The position numbers were made by a program, and so were the translations under genes. Shown in pieces: positions 1 through 9,339 of a stretch of 59,270 nucleotides of DNA. The notes beneath the pieces were generated by a model. It ran no database searches. It was not told the origin of the DNA and saw nothing but the letters and a program-made list of their open reading frames with translations. The stretch comes from Gemmatimonadales bacterium (GTDB lineage: Bacteria > Gemmatimonadota > Gemmatimonadetes > Gemmatimonadales > GWC2-71-9). Each line of letters opens with the position of its first letter. Position 1 is the first letter of the stretch. The stretch covers positions 1-59,270 of the forward strand of contig DATMAW010000044.1 of assembly GCA_035559715.1 (NCBI GenBank), given 5' to 3'.

Positions 1-1
1 G

Positions 2-187
2 CAGATCCACTTGTTCATTGCCTCCGGTATCAAGGCCGGGGAACCGAAACCGGAGGTGGATGAATTCATGGAGGTTGAGGGTCGGCCGATGTCGCGTGTT
101 CTGGAGATGATCCGAGACGGGGAGATTCGCGACGGTAAATCAATCGCGGCGCTGCTTTTTGCGGCTGGCTTTAGGCTCGGACTGTAG
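2..187 (+). CDS. NUDIX hydrolase (ADP-ribose pyrophosphatase-like), 3' end only; 5' part lies outside the window
   Basis: Frame-2 translation QIHLFIASGIKAGEPKPEVDEFMEVEGRPMSRVLEMIRDGEIRDGKSIAALLFAAGFRLGL stops at TAG 185-187. The EF-x-EV...IRDG-x-I-x-D-x-K-S tail resembles NudF-type C termini (from memory). It is not in the track because no start lies in the window. Confidence 0.5.
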   Translation, partial: QIHLFIASGIKAGEPKPEVDEFMEVEGRPMSRVLEMIRDGEIRDGKSIAALLFAAGFRLGL

Positions 188-424
188 GCAGCGGTGTCCC
201 TTGGGGAGGACGGGCCAGCGAGCCCGTACTGATGACGGCGATCTTACATAACCGAAGCCGAAACAATGACTTAGCAACCCATGACAAATCTGTCCGCGGT
301 CGGTACGGATTATGCCCGCATGACGCTCGAACATAGGAGGCAAGGGAAGTGCACGTCCCACACCTGGTCTGAGGATCGGACCCCGGCTGTGCCACAGCAG
401 CCGAGGGCCTGGGGAGCAACAAAC

Positions 425-1057
425 ATGACGATCGGAACACAGGTCGGAGGCCAGCACAAGCTGGCCACCGTACGGGCTCCACTGCCGGCAGATGACTCCA
501 GTCTGGTGGCAGCCTATCTCGGGGGGGAAACGGCGGCGTTCGGCGAGCTCGTCGAGCGTTATCAGAAGCGCCTGCTCAATTTCGTCTACCGGAGCATCGG
601 AGACCGGGAGCGCGCGCAGGACCTCGTGCAGGAAGTGTTCATCCGCGTACACCGGCACCTGCACCGCTTCGACCAGACCAAGAAGTTCTCCACCTGGATC
701 TACACGATTGCGTCGAACCTGGCCAAGAACGAGTTGCGCAATCGCAGTCGCAGCCCCCTCGTGCTATTCCAGGCCATCAAGCGGAACCCAGAGCCGCACG
801 ATAGGCCGTTGCAGTTCGAGGACCCGAACCAGCGACCTGACGACCTGTATCGTCGTCGTCACCTCAAGGAACTTGTGGAGTGGACTGTGGCTCAGCTCCC
901 GCCGCACCACCGCGAGGCGTTCGTGCTGCGCGAACTGGACGGGAAGTCATACGAAGAGATTGCCGAAATCACCGGCTGCAACCTCGGCACGGTCAAGAGC
1001 CGGCTCAACCGTGCCCGGAACCGATTCGCGCAACTCATCGCCCCCCATTTAGACTAA
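425..1057 (+). CDS. ECF-type RNA polymerase sigma-70 family factor
   Basis: Track ORF 281..1057. Region 2 (DLVQEVFIRVHRHLHRF, FSTWIYTIASNLAKN) and region 4 HTH (SYEEIAEITGCNLGTVKSRLNRAR) are present. Start placed at in-frame ATG 425; 281 remains possible. Confidence 0.85.
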   Translation: MTIGTQVGGQHKLATVRAPLPADDSSLVAAYLGGETAAFGELVERYQKRLLNFVYRSIGDRERAQDLVQEVFIRVHRHLHRFDQTKKFSTWIYTIASNLAKNELRNRSRSPLVLFQAIKRNPEPHDRPLQFEDPNQRPDDLYRRRHLKELVEWTVAQLPPHHREAFVLRELDGKSYEEIAEITGCNLGTVKSRLNRARNRFAQLIAPHLD

Positions 1058-1067
1058 ATAGCGGCAG

Positions 1068-1607
1068 TTGACCCCGCCGCCGGAGGAACCTCCGGCGGCG
1101 GCCGAAGTACTACAGGCGAACAGCCAGAGCCTCATGCATTGCGCGGAGTTCCAAGAACTGTATTCGGAGTACCGGGACGGGCGGCTCCACGACCTTCCTC
1201 TCCTGAGGGAGGTCGAGCGCCACCTGGGTGAGTGCCCGCGATGCGCGAGGCAAGATCTCGCCGTTCGCCGGGGCGTGGAATTGCTTCGCTCGATGCCCGG
1301 GCTCGAGCCAACTCCGGCATTTCGCCGGCAACTCCACCGTCGGCTCGAGCTGGTCCGCGCGGGCGATGGCGTGTTCGCACCGGGGGGGCTCGTGGCATCG
1401 TTGCTGGTCGCCGCGGCCGTTGCCCTGGTGCTGGTTGAGGGCGTGACGCGCTCGCGCGAGGGTCGGCATATCGCGCCAGCGCCGCGGGTGGTGGCGAACC
1501 CCGGGCCACCGTTTGTGGGTTTTGCCCAGGCGGTGCAGCCAGAGCCTGCCGTGGCGGACACGCTCCAGGAAGTGGACCCGGCACTCATACCGGCCGTGGC
1601 GCCGTAG
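1068..1607 (+). CDS. Putative anti-sigma factor (zf-HC2 type) with one TM helix
   Basis: Lies directly downstream of the ECF sigma gene. Has an H-x3-C-x2-C motif (HLGECPRCARQ) and a hydrophobic segment LVASLLVAAAVALVLV. Alternative start ATG 1134. Confidence 0.6.
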   Translation: MTPPPEEPPAAAEVLQANSQSLMHCAEFQELYSEYRDGRLHDLPLLREVERHLGECPRCARQDLAVRRGVELLRSMPGLEPTPAFRRQLHRRLELVRAGDGVFAPGGLVASLLVAAAVALVLVEGVTRSREGRHIAPAPRVVANPGPPFVGFAQAVQPEPAVADTLQEVDPALIPAVAP

Positions 1608-1657
1608 CGCCAATCCACCTTCCTTCGGTTTTTCGCGGCGGGTAACTTCCGCCCGTT

Positions 1658-2710
1658 ATGCCCGGCCTTTCGTATCAAGCCGCCCGGCGCGAGCTGGGCC
1701 GGAAGACGCTAGCCCCCGTCTACTACGTCACTGGATCCGAAGACGTCCTGAAGGACGACCTTGTGGCCGCCATCATTGACGCTAGCCTCGATGATCCGCA
1801 GGACCGGAGCTTCAATCTCGACGTGCGGAGCGCTGGAGACCTGGACGGCGAGTCCCTGCACGCGCTCGTCGAGACGGTGCCCATGCTCGCCGCGCGGCGC
1901 GTCGTGGTGATTCGGAATCTCGAGCAATGGCGAACGGGGGCGAAGGTGTGGGAGGTCCTGGCGCGCTACCTCCAACGCCCGTCCGAGACGACCGTGCTGG
2001 TGTTGCTGCACGGCACCGAGGAGCCCGACGCCGACATCGTCGCCGCCTCCACCCACATCTCCCTCGGGCCACTGACCGGTGACGATCTGCGGACTTGGGC
2101 CAGCGCGCGCGCCGCGGCCGCCGGCCTCAGGCTCGACCCGGACGCCCTGACCCACCTGCTCCGAGCCGTGGGTGACGATCTCGGGCACGTGCAGACCGAA
2201 ATCGAGAAGCTCGCCAGCGCCCTCGGCTCGGATCGGTTGGTAACGGAGGACGATGTTGCCCAGTTCGTTGGAGTTCGGCGCGGCGAAACGCTCGACGATT
2301 GGGTCGCGGCGGCGCTGCAACGAGACGTCGTTCGAGCCACGAAGCTCGTGGACGTCGTACTGCCGCAGGCGGGTATCACTGGCGTCCGAATGGTGATGGC
2401 GCTGGGGACCGAGCTGATCGGGGTGCGACTCGCGCGAGCCCTGGCCGATCAAGGCGTTCAGGGAAAGCGCCTGGAGCAAGCGCTGTTCGCCGAGCTGCGA
2501 CAGTCGCGGCCGCCTGGCGTGCGCTCATGGTCGGACCTCGCCTCGCGCTGGGCCGTGACGGCGCCATTGTGGACCGGGCCCGAGCTGGATCGCGCCATCG
2601 AGGCCGCGCTCGAAACGGACGTGGCGCTCAAGTCCACCACGGTTACCGACGAGAGCGGGCTGCTGCGGGGTTTGGTCCTCGGGCTGCGCCGGAAGGACCA
2701 GGCCGCGTGA
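1658..2710 (+). CDS. holA: DNA polymerase III delta subunit
   Basis: 350 aa. N-terminal APVYYVTGSEDVLKDD, RRVVVIRNLEQW, and a LRLDPDAL..L...VG.DL pattern are typical of HolA. Confidence 0.8.
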   Translation: MPGLSYQAARRELGRKTLAPVYYVTGSEDVLKDDLVAAIIDASLDDPQDRSFNLDVRSAGDLDGESLHALVETVPMLAARRVVVIRNLEQWRTGAKVWEVLARYLQRPSETTVLVLLHGTEEPDADIVAASTHISLGPLTGDDLRTWASARAAAAGLRLDPDALTHLLRAVGDDLGHVQTEIEKLASALGSDRLVTEDDVAQFVGVRRGETLDDWVAAALQRDVVRATKLVDVVLPQAGITGVRMVMALGTELIGVRLARALADQGVQGKRLEQALFAELRQSRPPGVRSWSDLASRWAVTAPLWTGPELDRAIEAALETDVALKSTTVTDESGLLRGLVLGLRRKDQAA

Positions 2711-3540
2711 GGGTTGCCATCCTGACTTTCGCGCTCCTTGCCGCCGGGGGCAGCCCCACCCGGGCGCAGCAGCACGATCCACCGCTTCCGGACTCCACGC
2801 TGCAAACCGCGGTGCGTCTCGCCACCGAGGGGCGTGGGGACTCCGCGCGCACGCTTGTGCGAGCCCGCTTGAGAGTCACGCCCGCCGGTGACACCCTCCT
2901 CCCGGCGGTGTTGTTCGCGGCCGGCGTCGTGGCTGCGGAGCAAGACAGCGCGGCCGCATACTTTCGCCGCGTGAGCGTTGAGTTCTCCAACAGCGCCTGG
3001 GCGCCCGCGGCCCTGGTGCGGCTGGCGCAGTTTGCCTTTGCCGCCCGCGATTATGGCGCCGTGCTTCGAACCACCGATCGAGCCCGACTCGACTACCCCC
3101 CCAGCGTGCAACGAGCCGCAGCCGTGTTTTGGGGTGCGCGCGCACGTCTGGAGTTGGGGGAGACCGGCCCGGGATGCTCGCTGCTCCGCCAGGCGGAATC
3201 CGAGGCGGGCGACGATGTCGAGCTGGCCAATCGCGCGAGGTTTTATCTCCTGCGATGTGCGTCGCTCGCGGACACTACGACGCGGGCGGACACCACGGGT
3301 CACTCGGCAACCGTGGTCTTCACGGTGCAGGTGGCGGCGGTGCGCAGTCCGCTCGCGGCCGATGCGCTGATGCGAGACCTGCGCGCGGCCGGGTACGACC
3401 CGCGTGTGATGCGGGAGCCCGACGGCATGCTCAAGGTACGCGTAGGTCGGTTCGCCACGCGGGCGGAGGCCCAGCGCCTCATCGAGCCGCTGCGACGCCG
3501 ATTCGGCGGCAGCCCGTTCGTGGTGGAGGAGCAGCGGTGA
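2707..3540 (+). CDS. Secreted SPOR-domain protein with TPR-like repeats
   Basis: In frame with track ORF 2299..3540. GTG 2707 overlaps the holA stop (GTGA). Signal-like VRVAILTFALLAAGGSPTRAQQ. C-terminal SPOR-like FTVQVAAVRSPLAADALMRDLRAAGYDPRVM..VRVGRFATRAEAQRL. Confidence 0.65.
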   Translation: MRVAILTFALLAAGGSPTRAQQHDPPLPDSTLQTAVRLATEGRGDSARTLVRARLRVTPAGDTLLPAVLFAAGVVAAEQDSAAAYFRRVSVEFSNSAWAPAALVRLAQFAFAARDYGAVLRTTDRARLDYPPSVQRAAAVFWGARARLELGETGPGCSLLRQAESEAGDDVELANRARFYLLRCASLADTTTRADTTGHSATVVFTVQVAAVRSPLAADALMRDLRAAGYDPRVMREPDGMLKVRVGRFATRAEAQRLIEPLRRRFGGSPFVVEEQR

Positions 3541-6119
3541 GACGCGCCGACACCCCGCTCATGCAGCAGTACCGCGAGATCAAGGCGCGACATCAGAACG
3601 CCATCCTGATGTTTCGCATGGGCGACTTCTACGAGATGTTCTTCGACGACGCCGAGATTGCGTCGCGGGAGCTGGGCCTCACGCTCACGACCCGCAACAA
3701 CGGCGCGGCGGCGGAAGTGCCGCTCGCCGGCGTACCGGTCAAGGCCGTGAGCGGCTACTTGCGCCGGTTGGTCGAACGCGGCTTCCGCGTCGCCATCTGC
3801 GAGCAGGTCGAAGACCCCAGGCTGGCGAAGGGAATTGTTCGCCGCGAAGTGGTGGAAACGGTCACGCCGGGTGCGGCGCTCGAGGAGGATCTCCTCGAAA
3901 CGACGCGCAACAACTTCCTCGTGGCCGCAGAACCCGGGCCCGGCACGGTGGGCATCGCCGCCCTGGACCTCTCGACAGGCGAGCTGGCGCTCGAGGTGGT
4001 GGCAACCGCGGATGTGGCGGCGGCGCTGGAGCGCTATGGGCCACGCGAGATCGTGCTTCCGTCGAACGCCACGCTGGCCGCCGACCTGACCGGCGTGCTC
4101 CACACGGAGCGCGAGCCCTGGGAGTTCGACGCCGGCTGGGCGGCGGAAGAGATCATGCGCCGATTCAATATCGCCACGCTGGACGGACTGGGGCTCGAGG
4201 CCGCGGATCGTCCGGCACTCGCCGCCGCTGCCGCACTGCTGCGCTACGCCGCCGAACTCAAACCGGGTGGGCTCCCGCAACTCGCCCGCCCGCGGGTGAT
4301 CCGAAGCGGCGATCTCATGCCGCTCGACGAAATGACCCGCCGGAACCTCGAACTGGTGGAGTTGCTGCGCCCGGACGCCGCGGGTCTCACGCTGCTCGCC
4401 GTCCTAGACCGCACCGTGACGCCGATGGGTGCGCGCCTCCTGCGGCGCTGGCTCCTGGCCCCCCTGCGCGTGCCAGCGGCCATCCGCGACCGCCTCGACG
4501 CGGTGGACGTCTTGTTCCAGGACACCAGGGGCCGCGGGCGGTTGCGCGAGGCGGCAGACGGCGTCCGGGACGTGGAGCGGCTGGTCGGTCGCGCGGTCAC
4601 CGGGCGCGCGACCCCGCGAGACCTCGGTGCCCTGCGCGATTCTTTGGGGCGCCTCCCCGACCTGCGCGGAGCGCTCGACGGCCTCGCGCGCCGCGAAACG
4701 TCCGCGGAGCTCGAGCGGCTGGCGCGCGAACTCGATTTGCTCACCGACCTGGCGGAGGTGTTGCGCCATTCCCTTGCAGAGCGCCCGCCGACGTCAGCCG
4801 GCGACGGAGAGGCCATTCGCCCCGGAGCGGACCCGGAACTGGACGAGTGGCGAGAGCTGCGCGACGGAGGCAAGCGGATCATCGCCAGCATCCAGGCCCG
4901 CGAGCGCGAGCGAACCGGCATCGCGTCGCTCAAGGTCGGCTATAACAAGGTGTTCGGTTACTACATCGAGGTCACGCGCGCTCACCGGGCCTCCATTCCC
5001 GCGGACTACGAGCGCCGCCAGACCCTCTCCGGCGCCGAACGGTACGTCACGCCGGAGCTGAAGGAACTGGAAGCCCGCGTCCTGGGGGCCGAGGACCGGA
5101 TCGCCGAGCGCGAGCGGGAACTGCTGGCACGGATCTGCCGTGCCATCGGGGACCGACTAGAGCGATTGCAGCGCACGGCTCGCGCCGTCGCAGAGCTGGA
5201 CGTCTACGCGTCCCTGGCAGAGGTCGCAGCCCGCGAGGGCTACGTGCGTCCGAGCGTGACCGACGAGTTCCGGATCGAGCTGCTTCGCTCCCGCCATCCC
5301 GTGGTCGAGCGCATGCTGCCCCGCGGGAACTTCATCCCCAACGACATCCTGCTCGACGAGCATCAACGCGTCATTCTGCTCACGGGGCCGAACATGGCCG
5401 GGAAGTCCACCGTCTTGCGCCAGGTGGGCCTGCTGGTCGTCATGGCCCAGATGGGATCCTTCGTCCCGGCGGAGCGCGCCACCGTTGGCGTGGTGGACCG
5501 CGTATTCACGCGGGTGGGCGCGAGCGACAACCTCGGTCGAGGGCAGTCCACGTTCATGGTGGAAATGGCTGAGACCAGCGCGATCCTCCACAGTTCCACG
5601 GCGCAGAGTCTCGTCCTGCTGGACGAAATCGGCAGGGGAACGTCCACCTATGACGGGGTGGCAATCGCGTGGGCCGTGACCGAGCACCTGCATGATCGGG
5701 TCGGGTGCAAGACCATCTTCGCAACACACTACCACGAACTCACACAGCTCACCGAAGAGCTGGCGCACGCCCGCAATTTCAACGTGGCCGTGCGCGAATC
5801 CGGGGATGAGGTCGTGTTCCTGCATCGGGTGGAGCCGGGGGGCGCCGACCGATCCTACGGCATTCACGTTGCGAGATTGGCCGGGCTCCCCGCGGGGGTC
5901 GTGTCCCGCGCCCGGCAGATTCTGGCGCTGCTCGAGTCGGGGCATCATGTGGCTGGCGCCGCACCGCCGCCAGCACCTGACGCGAGCCAGCTCGCGCTGT
6001 TCGACGCCGGACATCCGGTTCTCGAAGACCTGCGCGCCATCGATCCGGACAGTCTCACCCCGCTCGAGGCTCTCAATCGCCTTGCGGAGTTGCGACGGCG
6101 GGCCCGGGAGCTCGGGTGA
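3537..6119 (+). CDS. mutS: DNA mismatch repair protein MutS
   Basis: In frame with track ORF 3129..6119. GTG 3537 overlaps the preceding stop (GTGA). TPLMQQYREIKARHQNAILMFRMGDFYEMFFDDA at the N-terminus; Walker A TGPNMAGKST; DEIGRGTSTYDG. Confidence 0.95.
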   Translation: MRRADTPLMQQYREIKARHQNAILMFRMGDFYEMFFDDAEIASRELGLTLTTRNNGAAAEVPLAGVPVKAVSGYLRRLVERGFRVAICEQVEDPRLAKGIVRREVVETVTPGAALEEDLLETTRNNFLVAAEPGPGTVGIAALDLSTGELALEVVATADVAAALERYGPREIVLPSNATLAADLTGVLHTEREPWEFDAGWAAEEIMRRFNIATLDGLGLEAADRPALAAAAALLRYAAELKPGGLPQLARPRVIRSGDLMPLDEMTRRNLELVELLRPDAAGLTLLAVLDRTVTPMGARLLRRWLLAPLRVPAAIRDRLDAVDVLFQDTRGRGRLREAADGVRDVERLVGRAVTGRATPRDLGALRDSLGRLPDLRGALDGLARRETSAELERLARELDLLTDLAEVLRHSLAERPPTSAGDGEAIRPGADPELDEWRELRDGGKRIIASIQARERERTGIASLKVGYNKVFGYYIEVTRAHRASIPADYERRQTLSGAERYVTPELKELEARVLGAEDRIAERERELLARICRAIGDRLERLQRTARAVAELDVYASLAEVAAREGYVRPSVTDEFRIELLRSRHPVVERMLPRGNFIPNDILLDEHQRVILLTGPNMAGKSTVLRQVGLLVVMAQMGSFVPAERATVGVVDRVFTRVGASDNLGRGQSTFMVEMAETSAILHSSTAQSLVLLDEIGRGTSTYDGVAIAWAVTEHLHDRVGCKTIFATHYHELTQLTEELAHARNFNVAVRESGDEVVFLHRVEPGGADRSYGIHVARLAGLPAGVVSRARQILALLESGHHVAGAAPPPAPDASQLALFDAGHPVLEDLRAIDPDSLTPLEALNRLAELRRRARELG

Positions 6120-6505
6120 GGAGCGCGCCGGTCGTCGCGCTCGGGTTGGCCGCCTGTGCGGGCGGGGCGGCGCCGGGCACTACCGCAGACTCACCGCCCC
6201 GGTTCGAAGTGCCGGTCATGGTCAATCCGGAGTCCCCGGTGAGCTACCCGGAGGACATGTTCGCCCAGCGCGTGGAGGGGACCGTGCTCCTTCGCCTGTT
6301 CGTGGACGCCCGCGGAGTCGTGGTCCCGGAGTCAACCCGTCTTGCCGAGAGCAGCGGGTTTCCCGCTCTCGACTCGGCCGCCGTGGCGGGCGTACCGCGC
6401 ATGCGCTTCGCACCCGGACGGCGTGACGGCGAACCCGTCGCCACGGCCTTCGTTCAACCCGTGCAGTTCCGTCACCCAGAACGGTCCACGACAGGCGCGC
6501 CGTGA
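6116..6505 (+). CDS. TonB C-terminal-domain lipoprotein
   Basis: GTG 6116 overlaps the mutS stop. Lipobox-like LGLAACAG. TonB_C-like YPEDMFAQRVEGTVLLRLFVDARGVV...SSGFPALDSAAVAGVPRMRFAPGRRDGEPV. Confidence 0.65.
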   Translation: MRSAPVVALGLAACAGGAAPGTTADSPPRFEVPVMVNPESPVSYPEDMFAQRVEGTVLLRLFVDARGVVVPESTRLAESSGFPALDSAAVAGVPRMRFAPGRRDGEPVATAFVQPVQFRHPERSTTGAP

Positions 6506-7899
6506 CACACCACGCCAGGAGGCACCTGCGACCGTACGCGCACGTGCTCGAGACCATCGGCTGGACGCCGATGATCAAGCTCAACCGCGTCACGGCGGGG
6601 ATTCGGACGCCGGTGTACGCCAAGGCCGAGTTCTTCAACCCCGGCGGTTCCGTGAAGGACCGAATCGGCCTCGCGATGATCGAAGCCGCCGAACGAGAAG
6701 GGCGCCTGAAGCCGGGCGGACTGATCGTTGAGGCCACGTCGGGAAACACCGGCGTGGGGCTCGCCCTGGCAGCCGCCGTGAAGGGCTACCGCTGCGTGTT
6801 CACAATGCCGGACAAGATGTCGCAGGAGAAATCGCGGTTACTTCGCGCGCTCGGCGCAGAGGTCATCATCACACCCACGGCCGTGCCACCCGATCATCCC
6901 GACAACTACATCATGAAAGGGCGGGCGATCGCCGCCGCGCATCCCAATGCGATCTTCGCCGATCAGCACTTCAACCCGGTCAATCCCGAAGCTCACTATC
7001 GGACGACGGGTCCCGAGATCTGGGAGCAGACCGAGGGAAAGGTGACGCACTTCGTGTGTTCGCCGGGGACCGGCGGGACGGTGACCGGAGCGGGCCGGTA
7101 CCTGAAAGAACAAAACCCCGGGATCCGCGTAATCGCCGGTGATCCCGTCGGGTCCATCTACACCGAGTACGCCAAGACGCACAGGAAGTCCGAGGGCCAA
7201 CCGTACAAGGTGGAGGGCATCGGCGGCGACAAGATCCCCACGTCGCTCGATTTCGAGGTGGTTGACGAATGGATCTTCGTGACGGACCGAGACGCCATGT
7301 TGATGGCGAGGCGCCTGGCGCGCGAGGAAGGCCTCCTGGCGGGCGGATCAACCGGAGTCAACCTGGTCGCAGCACTCGACGTCGCCCGGCGACTCGACAG
7401 CCCCGATGCCCTGGTCGTCACGATCCTGTGTGATACCGGGGAGCGCTATCTGTCCAAGGTGTACAGCGACGAGTGGATGCGAGAGAATCAGATGCTCGAG
7501 ACCGAGCCGGTGACTGCGGCGCGGATCATCGGGGCAAAGCGGAGCGGCGCGCCCGAGTTGGTCACCGTGGCGCCCAGCGCGACCGCGCGACAGGCGCTGA
7601 ACCTCATGAGCACGTACGACGTTTCGCAATTGCCGGTGGTCGAATCAGGCGATTGTGTCGGTGCCGTGACCGAGGCGACCCTGACGGCGACTGCGCTGGC
7701 GGACCCGCGTGTGCTCGAGCAGCCCGTTCGGGAGTTGATGGAGGCGCCGTTGCCGGTGGTGGACGCCGCGCTGCCACTCGAGCAGATCACGCCCTTGTTG
7801 CTGCACGATCGGCCGGCAGTGTTGGTCCGACGCGACGGACGCCTGGCCGGCATCATCACCCGACACGACGTGCTGCAACACGTGGCCGGAATCCAATGA
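6502..7899 (+). CDS. Cystathionine beta-synthase-like PLP enzyme with C-terminal CBS-domain pair
   Basis: 465 aa. CysK/CBS fold motifs (NPGGSVKDRIGLAMI, TSGNTGVGLA, GTGGTVTG) plus a roughly 130-aa tandem CBS region. GTG 6502 overlaps the preceding stop. Confidence 0.85.
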   Translation: MTHHARRHLRPYAHVLETIGWTPMIKLNRVTAGIRTPVYAKAEFFNPGGSVKDRIGLAMIEAAEREGRLKPGGLIVEATSGNTGVGLALAAAVKGYRCVFTMPDKMSQEKSRLLRALGAEVIITPTAVPPDHPDNYIMKGRAIAAAHPNAIFADQHFNPVNPEAHYRTTGPEIWEQTEGKVTHFVCSPGTGGTVTGAGRYLKEQNPGIRVIAGDPVGSIYTEYAKTHRKSEGQPYKVEGIGGDKIPTSLDFEVVDEWIFVTDRDAMLMARRLAREEGLLAGGSTGVNLVAALDVARRLDSPDALVVTILCDTGERYLSKVYSDEWMRENQMLETEPVTAARIIGAKRSGAPELVTVAPSATARQALNLMSTYDVSQLPVVESGDCVGAVTEATLTATALADPRVLEQPVRELMEAPLPVVDAALPLEQITPLLLHDRPAVLVRRDGRLAGIITRHDVLQHVAGIQ

Positions 7900-8285
7900 G
7901 CCAACCCCATTTCCTCCTCTCCGCGGAGACGAGCTTCTCGGCGGCGCACACGCTGCCGGGCGTGGAGAAATGCGACCGAATGCACGGTCACGATTGGCGC
8001 GTCCGTTTGACCGTGCAGGTCGAGCGCCGTGCCGTAGGACCGTCGGACCTCGCCGTGGACTTCCGCGTGATCGAGCGCGTCGCCGCCGATGCCGTGGCCG
8101 ATTTGGACCACCGCTATCTGAACGATCTTCCCGATTTCCGCGGGCGCGGTGCCACTGCCGAGCGCGTCGCCGAACTGGTGAGCGGGCGCGCGGCCGCGCA
8201 GCTGGCCGACCGCGCGCCTCACGCTAGGCTGGTCGAGGTCGCGGTGTGGGAGACACCCCAGTACCAAGTCGTGTACCGCCCCTGA
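7896..8285 (+). CDS. queD: 6-carboxy-5,6,7,8-tetrahydropterin synthase
   Basis: In frame with track ORF 7473..8285. ATG 7896 overlaps the cbs stop (ATGA). FSAAHTLPG, CDRMHGHDW and a LNDL pattern are typical of QueD/PTPS. Confidence 0.85.
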   Translation: MSQPHFLLSAETSFSAAHTLPGVEKCDRMHGHDWRVRLTVQVERRAVGPSDLAVDFRVIERVAADAVADLDHRYLNDLPDFRGRGATAERVAELVSGRAAAQLADRAPHARLVEVAVWETPQYQVVYRP

Positions 8286-9322
8286 TGCGTGTTACGGTCC
8301 TTACCGGCGGATCCACGCCGGAGCGAGAGGTCGCCTTCGCCGGCGCGGCACAGGTGGTCGCCGCCCTCCGCGCGCGAGGGCATCGAGTCGCCGTTGTAGA
8401 CACCGTGGATGGGCCGCTCGACGCCGCGGCAGAAGCGCGCCTCCTCGTTCCATCAGTCGGCCGCGAGCCTCCGGATGCCGCTGCCTTGCGTTCCATGGAA
8501 GAGCGAGAGCTGGGGGCGCGCGTTGCGGACCTGCGCGAAATCGAAGACGCGGACGTGGTGTTCCTGGTGTTGCACGGCAGATCCGGCGAAGGCGGCGGTC
8601 TCCAGGCCGTGTTGGACCTCGCCCACGTACCGTACACCGGCTCCGGCCCGCTCGGGAGCGCGCTGGCAATGGACAAGGACGTGGCGAAACGTCTCTTTCG
8701 GTGGGCGGGCGTCCCCACGCCGGACTGGCTCGTCTGGCCCGCGGCGAGTTCCCAGGTCGCAGGGCTCGGGCTTCCCCTCATCGTTAAGCCGTCCAAGGTT
8801 GGATCGACCGTGGGCCTCACGGTCGTCAGCGACTTAGCGGAGCTGGACTCGGCGGTGGAAACCGCCCAGCAGTACGACGACGAAGTCTTGCTCGAACGTT
8901 GGGTACCCGGACGCGAACTCACCGTCGGGGTTCTGGGAGACCGGGCGCTCGCCGTGGGAGAGATCGTGCCACGTCACGACATCTTCGACTACGAGTGCAA
9001 GTACACCCCCGGCATGTCGCGGGAGGTTTTTCCGGCAGATCTCCCTGCCGCGCTGACAGCCCGGATGCAGGACCTGGCACTGACCGTGCACAAGGTTCTC
9101 AAACTGCGTGACTTCTCACGGGTCGATTTCCGTCTAAGCGCGGACGGAACCCCGCAATGCCTGGAAGCAAACACGCTTCCCGGCCTCGCCCCGACGAGTC
9201 TGCTGCCGCAGTCGGCCGCAGCCGTCGGCGTGGACTTTGCAACCCTGTGCGAGACCATTTGTGAGATGGCCTTGCGCCGCGCGCGCCAGCGGAACAAAGT
9301 CGGAGCGTCGGGGAAGTACTGA
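8285..9322 (+). CDS. ddl: D-alanine--D-alanine ligase
   Basis: In frame with track ORF 8246..9322. ATG 8285 shares one nt with the queD stop (TGATG). MRVTVLTGGSTPEREVAF, FLVLHGRSGEGGGLQ, LIVKPSKVGSTVG, LEANTLPG. Confidence 0.9.
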   Translation: MRVTVLTGGSTPEREVAFAGAAQVVAALRARGHRVAVVDTVDGPLDAAAEARLLVPSVGREPPDAAALRSMEERELGARVADLREIEDADVVFLVLHGRSGEGGGLQAVLDLAHVPYTGSGPLGSALAMDKDVAKRLFRWAGVPTPDWLVWPAASSQVAGLGLPLIVKPSKVGSTVGLTVVSDLAELDSAVETAQQYDDEVLLERWVPGRELTVGVLGDRALAVGEIVPRHDIFDYECKYTPGMSREVFPADLPAALTARMQDLALTVHKVLKLRDFSRVDFRLSADGTPQCLEANTLPGLAPTSLLPQSAAAVGVDFATLCETICEMALRRARQRNKVGASGKY

Positions 9323-9339
9323 GGGAACCGAGGACGACC

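Noticed and set aside
3129-3536. Long N-terminal extensions of track ORFs (2299-2706 before the SPOR protein, 3129-3536 before mutS, 7473-7895 before queD, 36860-37234 before the S9 peptidase, 47143-47439 before the helicase, 51625..52410 versus 52236, and 30179..31474 versus 31345)
   Set aside because: The extensions overlap the preceding genes and are compositionally aberrant (Arg/Gly/Ala/Pro). Conserved N-termini begin at internal GTG/ATG codons that overlap the upstream stop codons.
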